This document shows, piece after piece, positions 13,425 to 25,271 of a DNA stretch of 64,000 nucleotides. The stretch is from Lama guanicoe. Lineage: Eukaryota. The notes beneath the pieces are model-generated. The model was given only the letters and a program-made list of their open reading frames with translations, ran no database searches and had not been told where the DNA came from. The position numbers and the translations under genes were made by a program. Within the stretch, counting starts at the first letter, position 1. Each line of letters begins with the position of its first letter. The stretch lies in assembly GCA_013239625.1 (NCBI GenBank), contig MU054220.1, positions 7,289,367 to 7,353,366 on the forward strand. The letters are read 5' to 3'.

Positions 13425-13610
13425 AGCAAACTTAGTCTCTACTGCTTTCTAACTGTGTTGCCTTGAGCAAGTTTCTTCCCCTCTCATCCTCCTTCTTCAT
13501 CTGAAAAATGAGAATTATAGAAGCTGTAAGCCTCCTATGGAGGGTTCTTTCAGTACAAAATGACAACCTAGCACAGTGCTGGCGCTCTGTAGAAACCAGC
13601 AAATCTTAGT
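13425..13610 (+). mobile_element. MIR SINE
   Basis: 'ctgtgttgccttgagcaagtttctt...cttcatctgaaaaatgagaattatag'. Confidence 0.75.
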
Positions 13611-14795
13611 TTTTTTTTTTCTTATTCTCCCCTTCTTGTTTATTTCACCACACTTTAATTCAAATTCCTAACTAAAGTGTAAGTTGCAAGTCTTCCCCAA
13701 AATAGTGCTATTTTAAGAGGGGTAAGATGAGGTCCCCTGCCTGTGAAAAGTTGAGGTTGGGGGTGAAACAAAATTTGACTCAATTATGTACAATTTTATG
13801 TTAAGTTCTGGAAGTTGGAAATCATGGTTTTCAGCTCCATCCTTCTTTGTCTTTGGTTAAGTAAGTTAAAGGTGGCCCACCCTTGCTTGAGAAAATGGCA
13901 ATATTGAAGGAGACCCTTTTTCTCTTCGCATCTTCCCAGCCTCCTTGTCAGGTCCCTTTCCCGTCTCCACACATCACTCTGCGCCTCCTGAAAGCGCCCA
14001 CACGGTGCCCCGTCGCTGCCCTCCGCTGACTACCAGCCAAGGTGTTAGCTGGCAGCAGATTCTCACTGAGCATTTCCCCCAGAAGGTTTTACACCTGTCA
14101 CGCAACTTGTTTAAAACTCACTTTGCACACTTATTTAAATTTCGATTGTGTGAATGGGATGAATTGGGACTTGTAGTAGAAAACGCTGTAAAGCGAAGGC
14201 AACCTGTGAGCACAAATTGTCCCAACAGGACGATGATGGTGATCATTCACTCTTTTATGAAAGAAAATGGAAAATCCCTTTATTCTGATTGAAGACTCTC
14301 GTCCGTGAGATTACATAGCCTCTCTCCAGTGATGCGGTTATCTGCCCATGCTTGCCCTTTCTCTTCTTCTGAGACAGGAAAGAAATGGGTCTAAGTGATG
14401 CGCGTGTGTGTTTAATGAATATCTGACTTTGGCTGAGACCACCCTCTTTCTTAAAATGTAGATTAGATCTCACAGACTTCATCACTGAGTCCTGATGGAA
14501 GTCCAGTGGCCTTTCTAAGACTACTGCAAATCCTTGTGGAGTTTGCATTTCTACACGTCTTCCAGCTCCCTGTTTCCAACCTCTATCGTTCTTTCTTATC
14601 CTTGACTCTTATTTTGTTCTATGATTCTTTCCTTGCTTCCTCTGTTATCATCCATTCAAATGCTGACCACACACCCCGCTTGATTCCCTTTTCTTCCTTC
14701 TGTTCCCACTCAGAAGGGACGGCTTGTGGAGAAGATTTTATCGGCCATTAAGGAGGAACAATAAGAATGAGGCACATTTAAAATCTCAGTGTTTA

Positions 14796-14928
14796 GGGGG
14801 AGGGTGTGGCTCAGTGGTAGGGTGCATGCTTAGCATGCACAAGGTCCTGGGTTCAATCCCCAGTACCTCCATTAAAAAATAAATGAATAAACCTAATTAC
14901 CTCCCCCACCTCCAAAACAAACAAAAAA
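14796..14928 (+). mobile_element. tRNA-Ala-derived SINE (Vic-1-like) with TSD
   Basis: 'gggggagggtgtggctcagtggtag...ggttcaatccccagtacctcc...aaacctaattacc'; perfect 11-bp TSD ctcagtgttta at 14785-14795 and 14929-14939. Confidence 0.93.
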
Positions 14929-16217
14929 CTCAGTGTTTAATGTTGTTCTTTCTAAAGAGCCCCTCGGTCATTTCCATTCATGGGGCTTCACTTTCCTTCT
15001 TGATGCTAAGAGCCAGTTTAACTTAGCTACACACCCATCATCAGTTCTTCCTGTGCTTCTCTTCCAAATCAGGACCCTGTTGAGTGGACCACAGACCCAA
15101 ACCAGAACTGTCCAGGGCAAGTGGGATGTCATGACATCAAAAGGGCACAAACATAGCTAAGCACCCAGCTGAGCATCTGATTTTTGCTTCTGACCCTCCT
15201 TGCTTGCTACCAAAGTGCTCTAACTATGACTCAGTTCCTGTCTCACTCTGAAGTCTAAGCTCCGTCTTCTGTTAATGGGCTGTATTATTGCCTTTTTCGG
15301 AACTCCCCAGCACTCAGCTCTTGGCCCCTGTCAAGGCCATTGGCTTGCCCTGCTGGTATCCCAAATTCCATTCACCTTTAGAGTGATATCCAACCTCAAG
15401 CACACCTACGAGGTCTGACATCTAGCCCCAGACTACGGATGGAAGAGTAGAGGAGGGTGAGGACTGAGAAGGAACCCAAAGTAAAGTTCAGGCTTTGCTG
15501 AGAGCTGAGATTCCCATTTTCAAAATGCAAGCACTTCAAGCAGCATGTTTTTTTTTTCTCTCTTTATCTCCCAACCTTTCAATAAGAAAAAAAAAAAAAG
15601 CTGCCCAGAGTTTCTGATTGGTTTTATAATTAGATCATTATCCTAGCTTGATCACATTGTAGAAGTCACTTTCCAGGCCATCAACTACAGTGTGGAACTG
15701 AAGGTCTTAAAGGAACGCACCTGAACAGTGGTGTGCCTGTCAGTAATCCAGACTCCACTCTTACCCTCCTCGGGGGCAGGGGGTGTGAGGTGACATTATT
15801 ACAGGAAGATCATGCCGATCCGCAGACTCAGCTGTTGGGAACATTTCCGGGGCTATGAGAAAAGCAAAACAAAACAAAACCTTGAATGTCCTTTTTCCCT
15901 CCCCGCAAACAGGGACTCCACAGTAATTTCATTATTGATAATTACAAAGGAAAAAGCACTCAAATGCAAAAATTAATGTCCGATTTGCCTTTTAATGGCC
16001 TGAAGCAGTTCTGATGGCTATTGCAATCCAATGAAATGACGATTTTAAAAGAGAAAAAAAAAAAAACTCCTTGATTAAATTCTTTGTGCCCTTAGCTCAG
16101 TATGTGCATCCTTGAGTTTCCCAGATCATTACCAAATCTGCGGAGTGCATTTTAAAAACAAAATAATATTTTAATATGTCTTTTCTTTTAGTTATAAAAC
16201 TAGCCATCTTATTAATA

Positions 16218-16453
16218 GGAAGTAGTATGTCATGGTTAAAAGCTCAGGTTCTAAAAGCAGACCACGTGGGTTTCCATAGCCTCTGTGCTATATTACCTTT
16301 GCAAGGGTCCTAACTCTGTGTCTCATTTTTGCCATCTGTAAAATGGGAATAATAATAGTACCTGCATTGTAACATTGTTGCGAGGCTTAAATGAGTTAAT
16401 ACATGTAAAATTCTTAGAGCAGTACATGGTTGGTGTTCAGTAAATGTTAGCTA
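16218..16453 (+). mobile_element. Near full-length MIR SINE
   Basis: 'catctgtaaaatgggaataataatagtacct...ttaaatgagttaatacatgtaaa...cagtaaatgttagcta'. Confidence 0.9.
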
Positions 16454-19274
16454 CAAATAACATTGAGAAAACTTGGAAAAATACAGAGCCAGAGCAAAAC
16501 ACATGCATGAACAACAACAACAAAAACACCAAAAAACAATCACGTATCCACCCGAAGCTGAGCGCACTTAATATTTGGGATGTGTTCATTTTGGCTACTG
16601 TGTGTTTGTGTGTTTACATGTGTGTATCATACTATAAACATGGCTGTGTATCTTTTCCTTTGTAACTAAACACTGTCATTGGATATTTTGCATACAATTA
16701 TCATTATTTTCATCTTTCTGAGGCTGCGTAAAATTCTAAAATAAGAGCTTCGAAAAAATGGTTGATTCGGTGGCATTTAATAGGTATAATTATTAAAAGT
16801 AAGGCAGTAAGCCTGAAGTTGAGAGGATAAAGAGAGGCAGAAATTCAGTAGAGTTGTTCTTTTTTTTTTTTTTCCAATCTTACATATACCCTGAAGAACC
16901 CAGAGGTGATTTTTTTCTTCTCTTTTGGATCTTTTGTTTCCAGTGGTGCTGAGGCCAGGGTGGTAAGTGAGATTTGTACCTGAGAGTTTAGGCCAGGATG
17001 GACGGGGCAGTGGGCAGAGAGAGGGACCTACTCCAGGAAGATAGACGCTCTAATATCCATCTCATGGTAGAATTATGAGGATTACATTTAAATAAGACTG
17101 GCATGGGCTGTGCTTAGCATAATAAGTGTTTCATAAATTATAATTAGCATTGTTATTATTAATAATCCTTATTTCTTGCTCTAGAGAGTATATTTTAAGC
17201 ACCTCTCCAATTAGCAGGCAGAAACAAATGCAAACATTTGGGTTTGCTTCACTGTGACTCAGTTAGCCCTCCTGATGAGAGAGAGAGGATGACAAGAAGC
17301 GGAGTTTCCTCACATGAATGAAAATTTCAATCACTTGTATTTTTTGTCCACGATTAGAGATATGGAAGAGGAAAGAATCAGCCACGGGAGGCCATCCAAA
17401 GGGGCAGGCGGAATCCCAGCCCCGGGGTGGGCTGTGGTTGGGTACCAGCTCTGGGACACCTGTGACTGACGGGGCAAAGCTCCGCTTCCCTTCTTGCTCT
17501 TTCTCATTATTCATTTACGTGCCTGTGTGGCTTTCTCATCTTACTCCCTATTAAGCTCTCTCTCCTCATGGTTGGCTAAGAATGGACCAGAAGTGGATTT
17601 ACTAACTGTTCAATTACCCACATTATCTTGCTCTGCTGCTATCAAACGAAGCTGAACTTGCCCAGCTCTGAGGCAGCGTGGAGTGAGATAACAAGTCCTA
17701 TTTCCCTTGGCTGTCCGTGACATCCAAGACTGTCGTCTGCATGGAAAGGTCGCCACAAAGCAAATTGCCTGCGTTGGACGTGAGCCCCACAGTGACCTGA
17801 TTTTTATGTGTTTGTAAGCTAACCCTATCAACATGAGGAATAGAAGTGAGTCCGAGAAAGCCTAAATCAGAGAATTATTTGCAGTGTGCCTTATCTCCAA
17901 GTGAAGGAAGGGAACGGAGGAAAAAAATCAGAAGGACTACTTTTTTCTTTCCCCTGTTTCTCTCCCCCTACGTCTTCTTTCTCTCAACAGATATTATATG
18001 CAGTGTCATGTCTTACATCGGGGGAAGGAAAGGAGGGAGGGACGAGGGACCTTATTCCTATACTGTCCTGGAGAGAAACAGGTAGTGAGATGGCAATGAG
18101 CTGTCTTCGTTTGAGACAGAGAGTGTATTTTTCAGGCTTAATGTGATTACAGAGAATCTTACAAATTACTCCAAAGATGTCATTTTCCAGATTGATACAG
18201 TCAGTGCTACTGTCCCAGGATGTGCAGACGTATAACCTCATGGTGAAATATGTTCGGCACGTGCGATGTGCTGTGTAGGCCCATCGTGGTAATATTCATT
18301 CAAGCACATTAATATCCCTGAGAAAGACATCATGCAGTTAAAGAAATAGGCTGAGCTTCTTTACTTACACAGCAAAGCTTATTTACCGTGGGCTTGTCCC
18401 TTGCTGCCTCTCCCCTCCCCACCTAACCTCTTCCATTTCTCCCTCCTTCCCTCCCTCCCTTCCTTCCAAGCAAACCTATTTCTCTGTTGAACGTACGAAC
18501 CGGCAAATTAGGGACCCTTGCTCTAGGCCTCCTTGCTGTTTCCCATTATCCGTCATCCATCCCTGGCCCTGGCCTATTTCTTTGCTATTTAACTTGTGTT
18601 CTGCTTCCTTATATATGCCTTCCCTTCCTGAAGATATCCTGTTAGATGTATCATGGAAGACAGAGGTGTGAATCAGACGGGGAGATGCCAGCGAGGAGCG
18701 TAGAGTCTAAGGAGACAAGATAAGACATGTACAACTGCGAAAAAATTCAAGGCAGGAAAGGAGAAATCTCATTGGAGAATTGTAGATAAAAGGCCACAGG
18801 CATTCAGCAAAAGGAGATACATACCTCTTGCCTTTTCTCTATCAGTGAAGACTAAGAAATTACCAAGGAACATTTTATATATATACAAATATATAAAATT
18901 ATATTTCACACTTGTGGGCAAGGTTGGAATTATGAAAGGACTCATGTGACTTGTTCTGAATAAATGGAGTGTTGTGTGAGGTGACTGCTGGACCAGAAGT
19001 GAGTTCCCTTTGAACAGCAGGAGAGCCATGCCCTTTCCCTCCCTCTCTGCTGGCCTCTCTCCCTCCCTCCCTCCGTCCACCTTTCTGACTCTTCTCAACT
19101 TGGGGCTGTTCTAACACTTCATTGCTTTTTCTCTCTCTTTCCTTTTCTGTCTTCATTCTTTTTATCCTGTTCCCTTTCACACGCACTGTGTGTGAAATCT
19201 ATCATCTCCCTATGATAAATTTACCGTCTTTATTTACTCTTCAAAAGAACACTGTGTGAGGAAGCTACTCTAAT

Positions 19275-19295
19275 TGTGTGTGTGTGTGTGTGTGT
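19275..19295. repeat. (TG)n microsatellite
   Basis: Direct reading. Confidence 0.95.
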
Positions 19296-19592
19296 CTTAA
19301 GGAGGGAAGCTAGGGGGAGGTCAGTGATGTGCTCAAGTCTACACGAGGAGTAGGGGCAGAAGCGGATCTCAGATGGAAGTCTGACTGAAGCACAAACCTC
19401 AGGTAGCATCCTTGGACTTCCGGTGCTGCGGGGTGGGGGGGTCACGGTCAGAGGCAACATGCTGCCCATCTCTGACCTAACTCCACTCTTCAGCTGCTGA
19501 TGCTGTCAAATTAAAAACTGTGGGGACTTTATGAAAAATGCAAAGGATGTCATTTCCACTAAAAGGTGTGCACTTCTTTCATGCTCCCACAA

Positions 19593-19617
19593 ACACACAC
19601 ACACACACACACACACA
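19593..19617. repeat. (CA)n microsatellite
   Basis: Direct reading. Confidence 0.95.
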
Positions 19618-20906
19618 TATAACACTACGCTTCAGTCATGAATTTCAGTGAAAGAAACCACTACTTGCTAGTTAGCAGTGATGCAGTAACATACACAAAA
19701 GGAGGAACTGCTCTTAGTAAGAGTCGAGGAAAGAGGAAATCCTCAGGGGGATGAGATGAAATTGGGGGCCGGCTGTATTCCAAAGGGAGAGCATCCCCAG
19801 AAATGTGCTCTTTTATGTATCCCCTTAATTCTATTGATTTGGTTCATGACACAGAGAATAGACTTCTGGTGATGCCGCCAGAATCCCTCCCATCCAACAT
19901 TTGCTCCCTGTTACTATAGGGTCTTAAGAGGGAAAGGATGGGGTGGGAGGAGATTATGAAAAGATGCATTTCTGCCTCGAAACTAAAGGTGGAAATTGTT
20001 GAGCCAGTCATCATGTTAAGTTATTCATTGTCACATTTTTAATCAAACTGAAAACGTTTCTTTCAATTTTCCCATATGTGCATATGTGACTAGGTTGGTA
20101 CTAAAATCCATGATTTTTAGTTTTGTAAAAAAAGTCTTTAAGAACCAATACCTTGGCTGGTTTGCTAATTACATTATTTGGACCATAAATAAAAAGTCAG
20201 GTTTTAATAATCAAGTTTTAGACATCACACTCACTTTTACATTAATCACTGTTTAATAGCTTTTAATCAGGTATTAGGTAATTGGAAATGGCCTGGTATA
20301 ATTATCTATTTAATGAGTTACAGTTCATTTTCGAGGTGTCATGCTTGGGGAAAATATGTCAAATAGCAGTTGCCTGAGAAACTGTGATGCATCTGTCTGT
20401 CTACTTATCTACCTATCATCTATCTATTATGCTTTTATTGACACACACACACCAAGACAGAGATTTTCAACATTGTTCCTAGACAGATGTGCCCAGAAAG
20501 ATCAAAGTAGACTCTCCCATTCTGTTCCTGTCTCTAATTGTAATATCTTGAACTTCAGATTCTGAAGCTTCAGGTTCTGGTTTTACCTGGTGATACCATG
20601 CAGCCCTGTCTTCTCTCCGCTGCTCGCGCCCTGTGTTCATTCAATGACCATGTAACTGACATCTCCAGGGCACGTACTGGGTGCACAGACCTGGGTCTTT
20701 GTGCCTGTTGCCCTGCCCCGTAAGGTCCTCTGCAGTGTTCCTTAAGAACACTCTCCAGGTTGTGTTCCAGGGAGAAGCAGACAAAATCAGCAGGTGCTTA
20801 TAGCACAGTGTGTTCAGTTGCAAGCAAGGCAGGTCATATAGTATATGTTATTCAAGAGCAATGTCAAGAGTAGGAGGAGAGACTCAAGGTAGGGCGTCAA
20901 GTTGTC

Positions 20907-21228
20907 TTTTATTTTATTTTTAACTTTTTTAAACACCTTTATTGTGGTGTGATTCCTGTATGGTAAACTACACATATTTCAGACGTACAATTTGATGAAC
21001 TTCGATAGATGTGTACACGCATGAAACCACCACCACAATCAAGTAGCTAACATTTCCATCACTCCCCGAGAAGTGCAAATTTCAGATTCCTGATTTATCC
21101 CTTCCCTCCCATTTTAACCCCTGGCAACCATAGGTGTGTTCTCTATGTCTGTGAGTCTGTTTCTGTTTTGTAGATAAGTTCATTTGTGACTTTTTTTTTC
21201 GATTTCACATATAATTGATATCATCTGG
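20907..21228 (-). mobile_element. LINE-1 3'UTR fragments
   Basis: T-rich tail, then 'gtacaatttgatga...gaaaccaccaccacaatcaag', then 'ctggcaaccat...tctgtgagtctgtttctgttttgtagataagttcatttgtg'. Confidence 0.8.
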
Positions 21229-21229
21229 T

Positions 21230-21840
21230 TAAAATGCAATCTAATCGTGTCATTCCCCTTCTTGAATAGCATGCATGGCTCCCTTTAACTCTCTGTCAAT
21301 CATTGATTTATTCATTCATCTATTTAAAAAGGTTTGTCCATAGCCACCCCGTGCCAGACCCTGTGCTGGGTGCTGGGCATGAAGCCATGAGTGAAATGCA
21401 TGGTCTCTGGCCTCAGTGAGCTTCCATTCTAGCAGGGAAGACAATGCCAAAGCATTCTGGTTCCATCACCATTTAATAGCACCCCGCGTAATGTCTTCAT
21501 TCTCCACATGGAGTCTTACTACTCCACGTGACATTCCCCAAACAGCCCAAACCTACTCTTTCAAAACCCTTACCGGAAGCACTCTTGCCTCACTCCCATC
21601 CTCCCTTTCCACCAGGGAACATGATGTTGGTTATCATGTCATCTCATTCTCCCTTAAACTCCCCTGGCAAGGCACCTATCCTGCCGACACAGCTCTTGTA
21701 TCTTACTGATGGGAGCAGTCAATGTGAGGGTCTCTGTTCGTACACTGGGAGCTTCTGAAGGGCAAAGCTTCATGATTCAGCACTTTATAGCCCCAGTATC
21801 TAGCTCAGGGCCTGGCTCAGAGTAGCTGAACTCATGCGTA
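21230..21840. mobile_element. LINE-2 fragments (both orientations)
   Basis: 'ttcattcatc...gtgccagaccctgtgctgggtgctggg' (reverse 3' end) and 'ccccagtatctagctcagggcctggctcagagtag' (forward 3' end). Confidence 0.6.
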
Positions 21841-22769
21841 TAGTGGGGAAGGGATGAGGTGCTTAGGGAGTTCAAAATAAATTAAATGACTAAGGAATGT
21901 GTTGGGGAAACAAGAAAGAAGCGCACAGAACAATTAGAGAGCAGAAGACAGTATGTAATCAAGTGCTGAAATGCTGCAAACTGTGGATCTATAGGGAGGG
22001 GACCTTGTGTTCTGGGAGCTTTCAGGGAGGCAGTGGTGCTTTGGGATTGGCTAGATTCCTGAAGCTCGTTGAAGTCAAGCCTTTGCATTGAGCAAGTCTG
22101 TAGCAGCACTAAGGGGTCCAGGGCTGGGTATCCAGACGGTGAGAAAATGCCATCACTTGGTAGAGGAAGAGGTTGGTGTCCAGTTCGAGGCTGCTTGGAT
22201 AAGGCGCCTCCAGCATCCCCTGCAATGTGATGCTCTGACGTTCCGTCGCTTCCCTCTCTGCCTGTCAGCCTGGGTTTGGAGCGTGCTGTGTTTGGGTAGA
22301 AGAACCCAGCTGTGACTCGGACTGAGTGGAGGGTTTCCCAGGGATAAACAGGACAAGAGCTCTGGTTTTCCCCTGTTCACTGGGAAACCTGGATATTAAG
22401 TTGAGATAGCGAAGCAACCATTTCCTTTTACCAATTCTGCTGTGACTTTGGAAATTATTTAGACTGTCTAGACGACTTTCTACATTTTCCTTTCATGGTG
22501 AACTTAGTCCCTGGGATCAGGTCTTTTGCTTTGTGGATAAGCAGCAGCATGTGAGTTTAACACAGTCCAATATATTATGCAGCCACTGCTCTGTGGTGTT
22601 AGTGCTCAAGGTGCGTGGGAGGTCATGCTTTGAAAGCTGATAAACTAAGATTATGTCACCTGTATATAGTCGAGACTAGATACATGCACGCCATCTCTCC
22701 TCATTCTGCCATGTTGTTAGTCTTTCCAGCTCATTTTTCGCATAATTCTGCAGCAAGTTAAAATGAAAG

Positions 22770-22965
22770 AAAAGGAGATTTGAAGTTGAGAATTGTAGAT
22801 TTAATACCGCGCCTACCACAGAGTAGCTCTGTGAGTTTAATGAAAGCATCTGACCTCAGTTCCTTCTACTCTGAAATGGAAATATTACTTAGAACTATTT
22901 GACCTGTCCCCTGGGAGAATCAAGTAAGCTAATGAGTGGGAAAATACTTTATAAAATGTAATGCA
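22770..22965 (+). mobile_element. MIR SINE
   Basis: 'tagctctgtgag...cctcagttccttctactctgaaatggaaata...gagaatcaagtaagctaatg'. Confidence 0.65.
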
Positions 22966-23526
22966 ATAAAAAATCCATCGGGTATTGTAATGACTCTTGC
23001 ACTTTTTCCTTCATCTCTGTGAACAGTACTGTTAATATGGTCAAATACTAGACTGCAATTGTGGTTATAGCATAGGAAGAAAATTTTAAAAATGCACGTG
23101 GGACTTTTCCTATGGCTGCTTCATAAAAATGGTTTTGTGCAGAAAAAATTAAAAATATCACATGCACACGCACGCACATGCACATATGCACATGGCTGCT
23201 TGCAACGGTACATCCTTCAGATTTATCCTGAATTATAGGTGTCCTTAGCCTTCTAGCAGACTCGGCTGACAATTTTAAGAAGGTATTTCTCTTGTTTCTA
23301 GAGGATTCTAAAATTAATTTATTTTGGAATCAAACAACACCCTGGGGATAAGGCTTCTACATGTTAAAGTCACTCTTACTCATTTTTATTGCAATCAATA
23401 AAAGTATTCAGTTTTATTTAAATCAACAAATCCTAGGTTAGTAGTCAAAGTCAACAGAAGAAAAACAGGTTAACATTATGCTCCCACAGTATTTCATTCA
23501 TGGGTGAGCTAAAGAATGGATTTTAG

Positions 23527-23701
23527 ATAAACAACAAAGTTCTACCATACAGCACAGGGAACTGTATTCAATATCTTGCAATAACCTAAAATGAAAAAGA
23601 ATATGAAAATGAATATATGCATATATGTGGGTGACTGAAACATTATGCTGTACACCAGAAATTGATACAACATTGTAAACCAAGTATACTTCAGTTTAAA
23701 A
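23527..23701 (+). mobile_element. Short LINE-1 3' end with TSD
   Basis: 'acagcacagggaactgtattcaatatcttg...tgtacaccagaaattgatacaacattgtaaa'; TSD aagaatggattttag (23512-23526) / aaaaatgaattttag (23702-23716). Confidence 0.88.
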
Positions 23702-23784
23702 AAAAATGAATTTTAGGTTTATATACTTTCTATCCTACAAGACATCAATCTTGTCAGTGCGTTCTGTGACCAGAGAACTGTTAA

Positions 23785-24028
23785 AATAATAAAATCAGCA
23801 TTTATTGCATTTTACTGAGTGTCACCCAGCGTACTAACACCTTGCAAACTTCATCCTGTTAACTTCCCCATCACCACGCTAGGGTAGGTACTGTTCCTCA
23901 TTTTGTGGGGCTGAGGAAAAATTGAGGCTTGGGAAAGAAAGCAACTTGTACAAGGTCACGTAGTCTCTAAGTGAAGGAGCCTAAACCTGAGTAGGGTCCT
24001 CTGACTCCGGGACCAATGCTTCTAACTC
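23785..24028 (-). mobile_element. MIR SINE
   Basis: 'gtaggtactgttcctcatttt...gaggaaaaattgaggctt...aacttgtacaaggtcac...ctgactcc'. Confidence 0.8.
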
Positions 24029-24499
24029 CCTTACCTTGCTGCCTTCCAAAGGAAAGAGAGGTAACATACTCCACCAGTGTCAGTATCCACTAATACTTTG
24101 GATTAGAAATACCTATGGTCAACTTTCCCATTATCAACAGTGGACCCAAACCATGGCCCATGTGTGGAGCAGGTGGCAGACAGTATTTTCTGTTTTTGCC
24201 ACATTTTCCTTGCAAAGAATCCTTTGCTTTTCTCTTCTTCTTATGGAACGTCACTGATGTTCTATAAGTATAAGCATCTTGGCAGTAAGTAAGGTCCACT
24301 GAGGTTTTGGCTCAGAATCATCTAAAGACTTTAATAGAGGAGGTCACATGATTCACTGAACTCCTGATAAAGACTGGGCTTAAGGATGCTTAGAGTAGTA
24401 AAAAGCAAACACAACCACTAGCAATGATTAGAGGTGTTCTTGTTTATTGTCCTTAAAGCTTGATCTGTGTTTCCCTCAATTCCACCTTTCATTCATTCA

Positions 24500-24725
24500 T
24501 TTTATTTTTTTTTAATTGAAGTAAAGTTGGTTTACAACATTGTGTTTCTGGTATACAGCATAGTGATTCAGTTATACATACATAATATATATTCTTTTAC
24601 ATTATAGGTTATTACAAGCTATTGAATATAGTTCCCTGTGCCCTACAGTAGGACCTTGTTATTTATCTATTTTGTATATGGTAGTTCACCTCTGCTAATC
24701 CTGAACTCCTGGGATTATCCCTCCC
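24500..24725 (-). mobile_element. LINE-1 3' end inserted into the 3' end of an L2
   Basis: Poly(T), then 'aattgaagtaaagttggtttacaacattgtg...gaatatagttccctgtgc'; flanked by the L2 tail (ttca)n and 'ctctgtgccaggcact'. Confidence 0.85.
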
Positions 24726-24916
24726 TAATTTATTGCCTATATATTAAGCACCAACTCTGTGCCAGGCACTCTCCTGGAACCAAAGGATACAACAGATAAC
24801 CAGATGTGTAAGATTCCTGCCCTCCGTGGGGTTTACATCCTACTGTTGAAAATACTCAATAACAGCAAATGAATACATGATTGCAACTGTGACGAGTGCT
24901 ACAAAGGCCAACATAG

Positions 24917-25271
24917 TGTGTTAGTTTCCAGGATCTATCAGAGGGGGTGGCTTAAAGCAATGGAAAGTTATTGTCCCGAAGTTCTGTGGGCTAGAAGTCT
25001 GAAGTCAAGGGATGGGCAGGGCCACGCTCTCTCTGATCACTCCAGGGAAGAGTGCTTCCTGGCCTCCTCCAGCCTCGGTGTTTCCTGGTTTGTAGGTGCC
25101 CCAGTTCAGTCTCCTTGTGTGTCTTCACAAAGTCTTCCCTCCGGGAGTGTCTGTCTCCATCCAAACTTCCCTCTTCCACAAGGATACCGGTCGTTTCAGA
25201 TTAGGTCCCACTCTAATGACCTCTCTTTAAATTGATTTACCGCAGAAAAGATTCTATTTCCAAGCAAGGTT
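24917..25271 (-). mobile_element. MaLR (MLT1-type) LTR
   Basis: 'tgtgttagtttcc...ggtggcttaaagcaatggaaa...gctagaagtctgaagtcaagg...gattaggtcccactctaatgacctc'. Confidence 0.85.
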
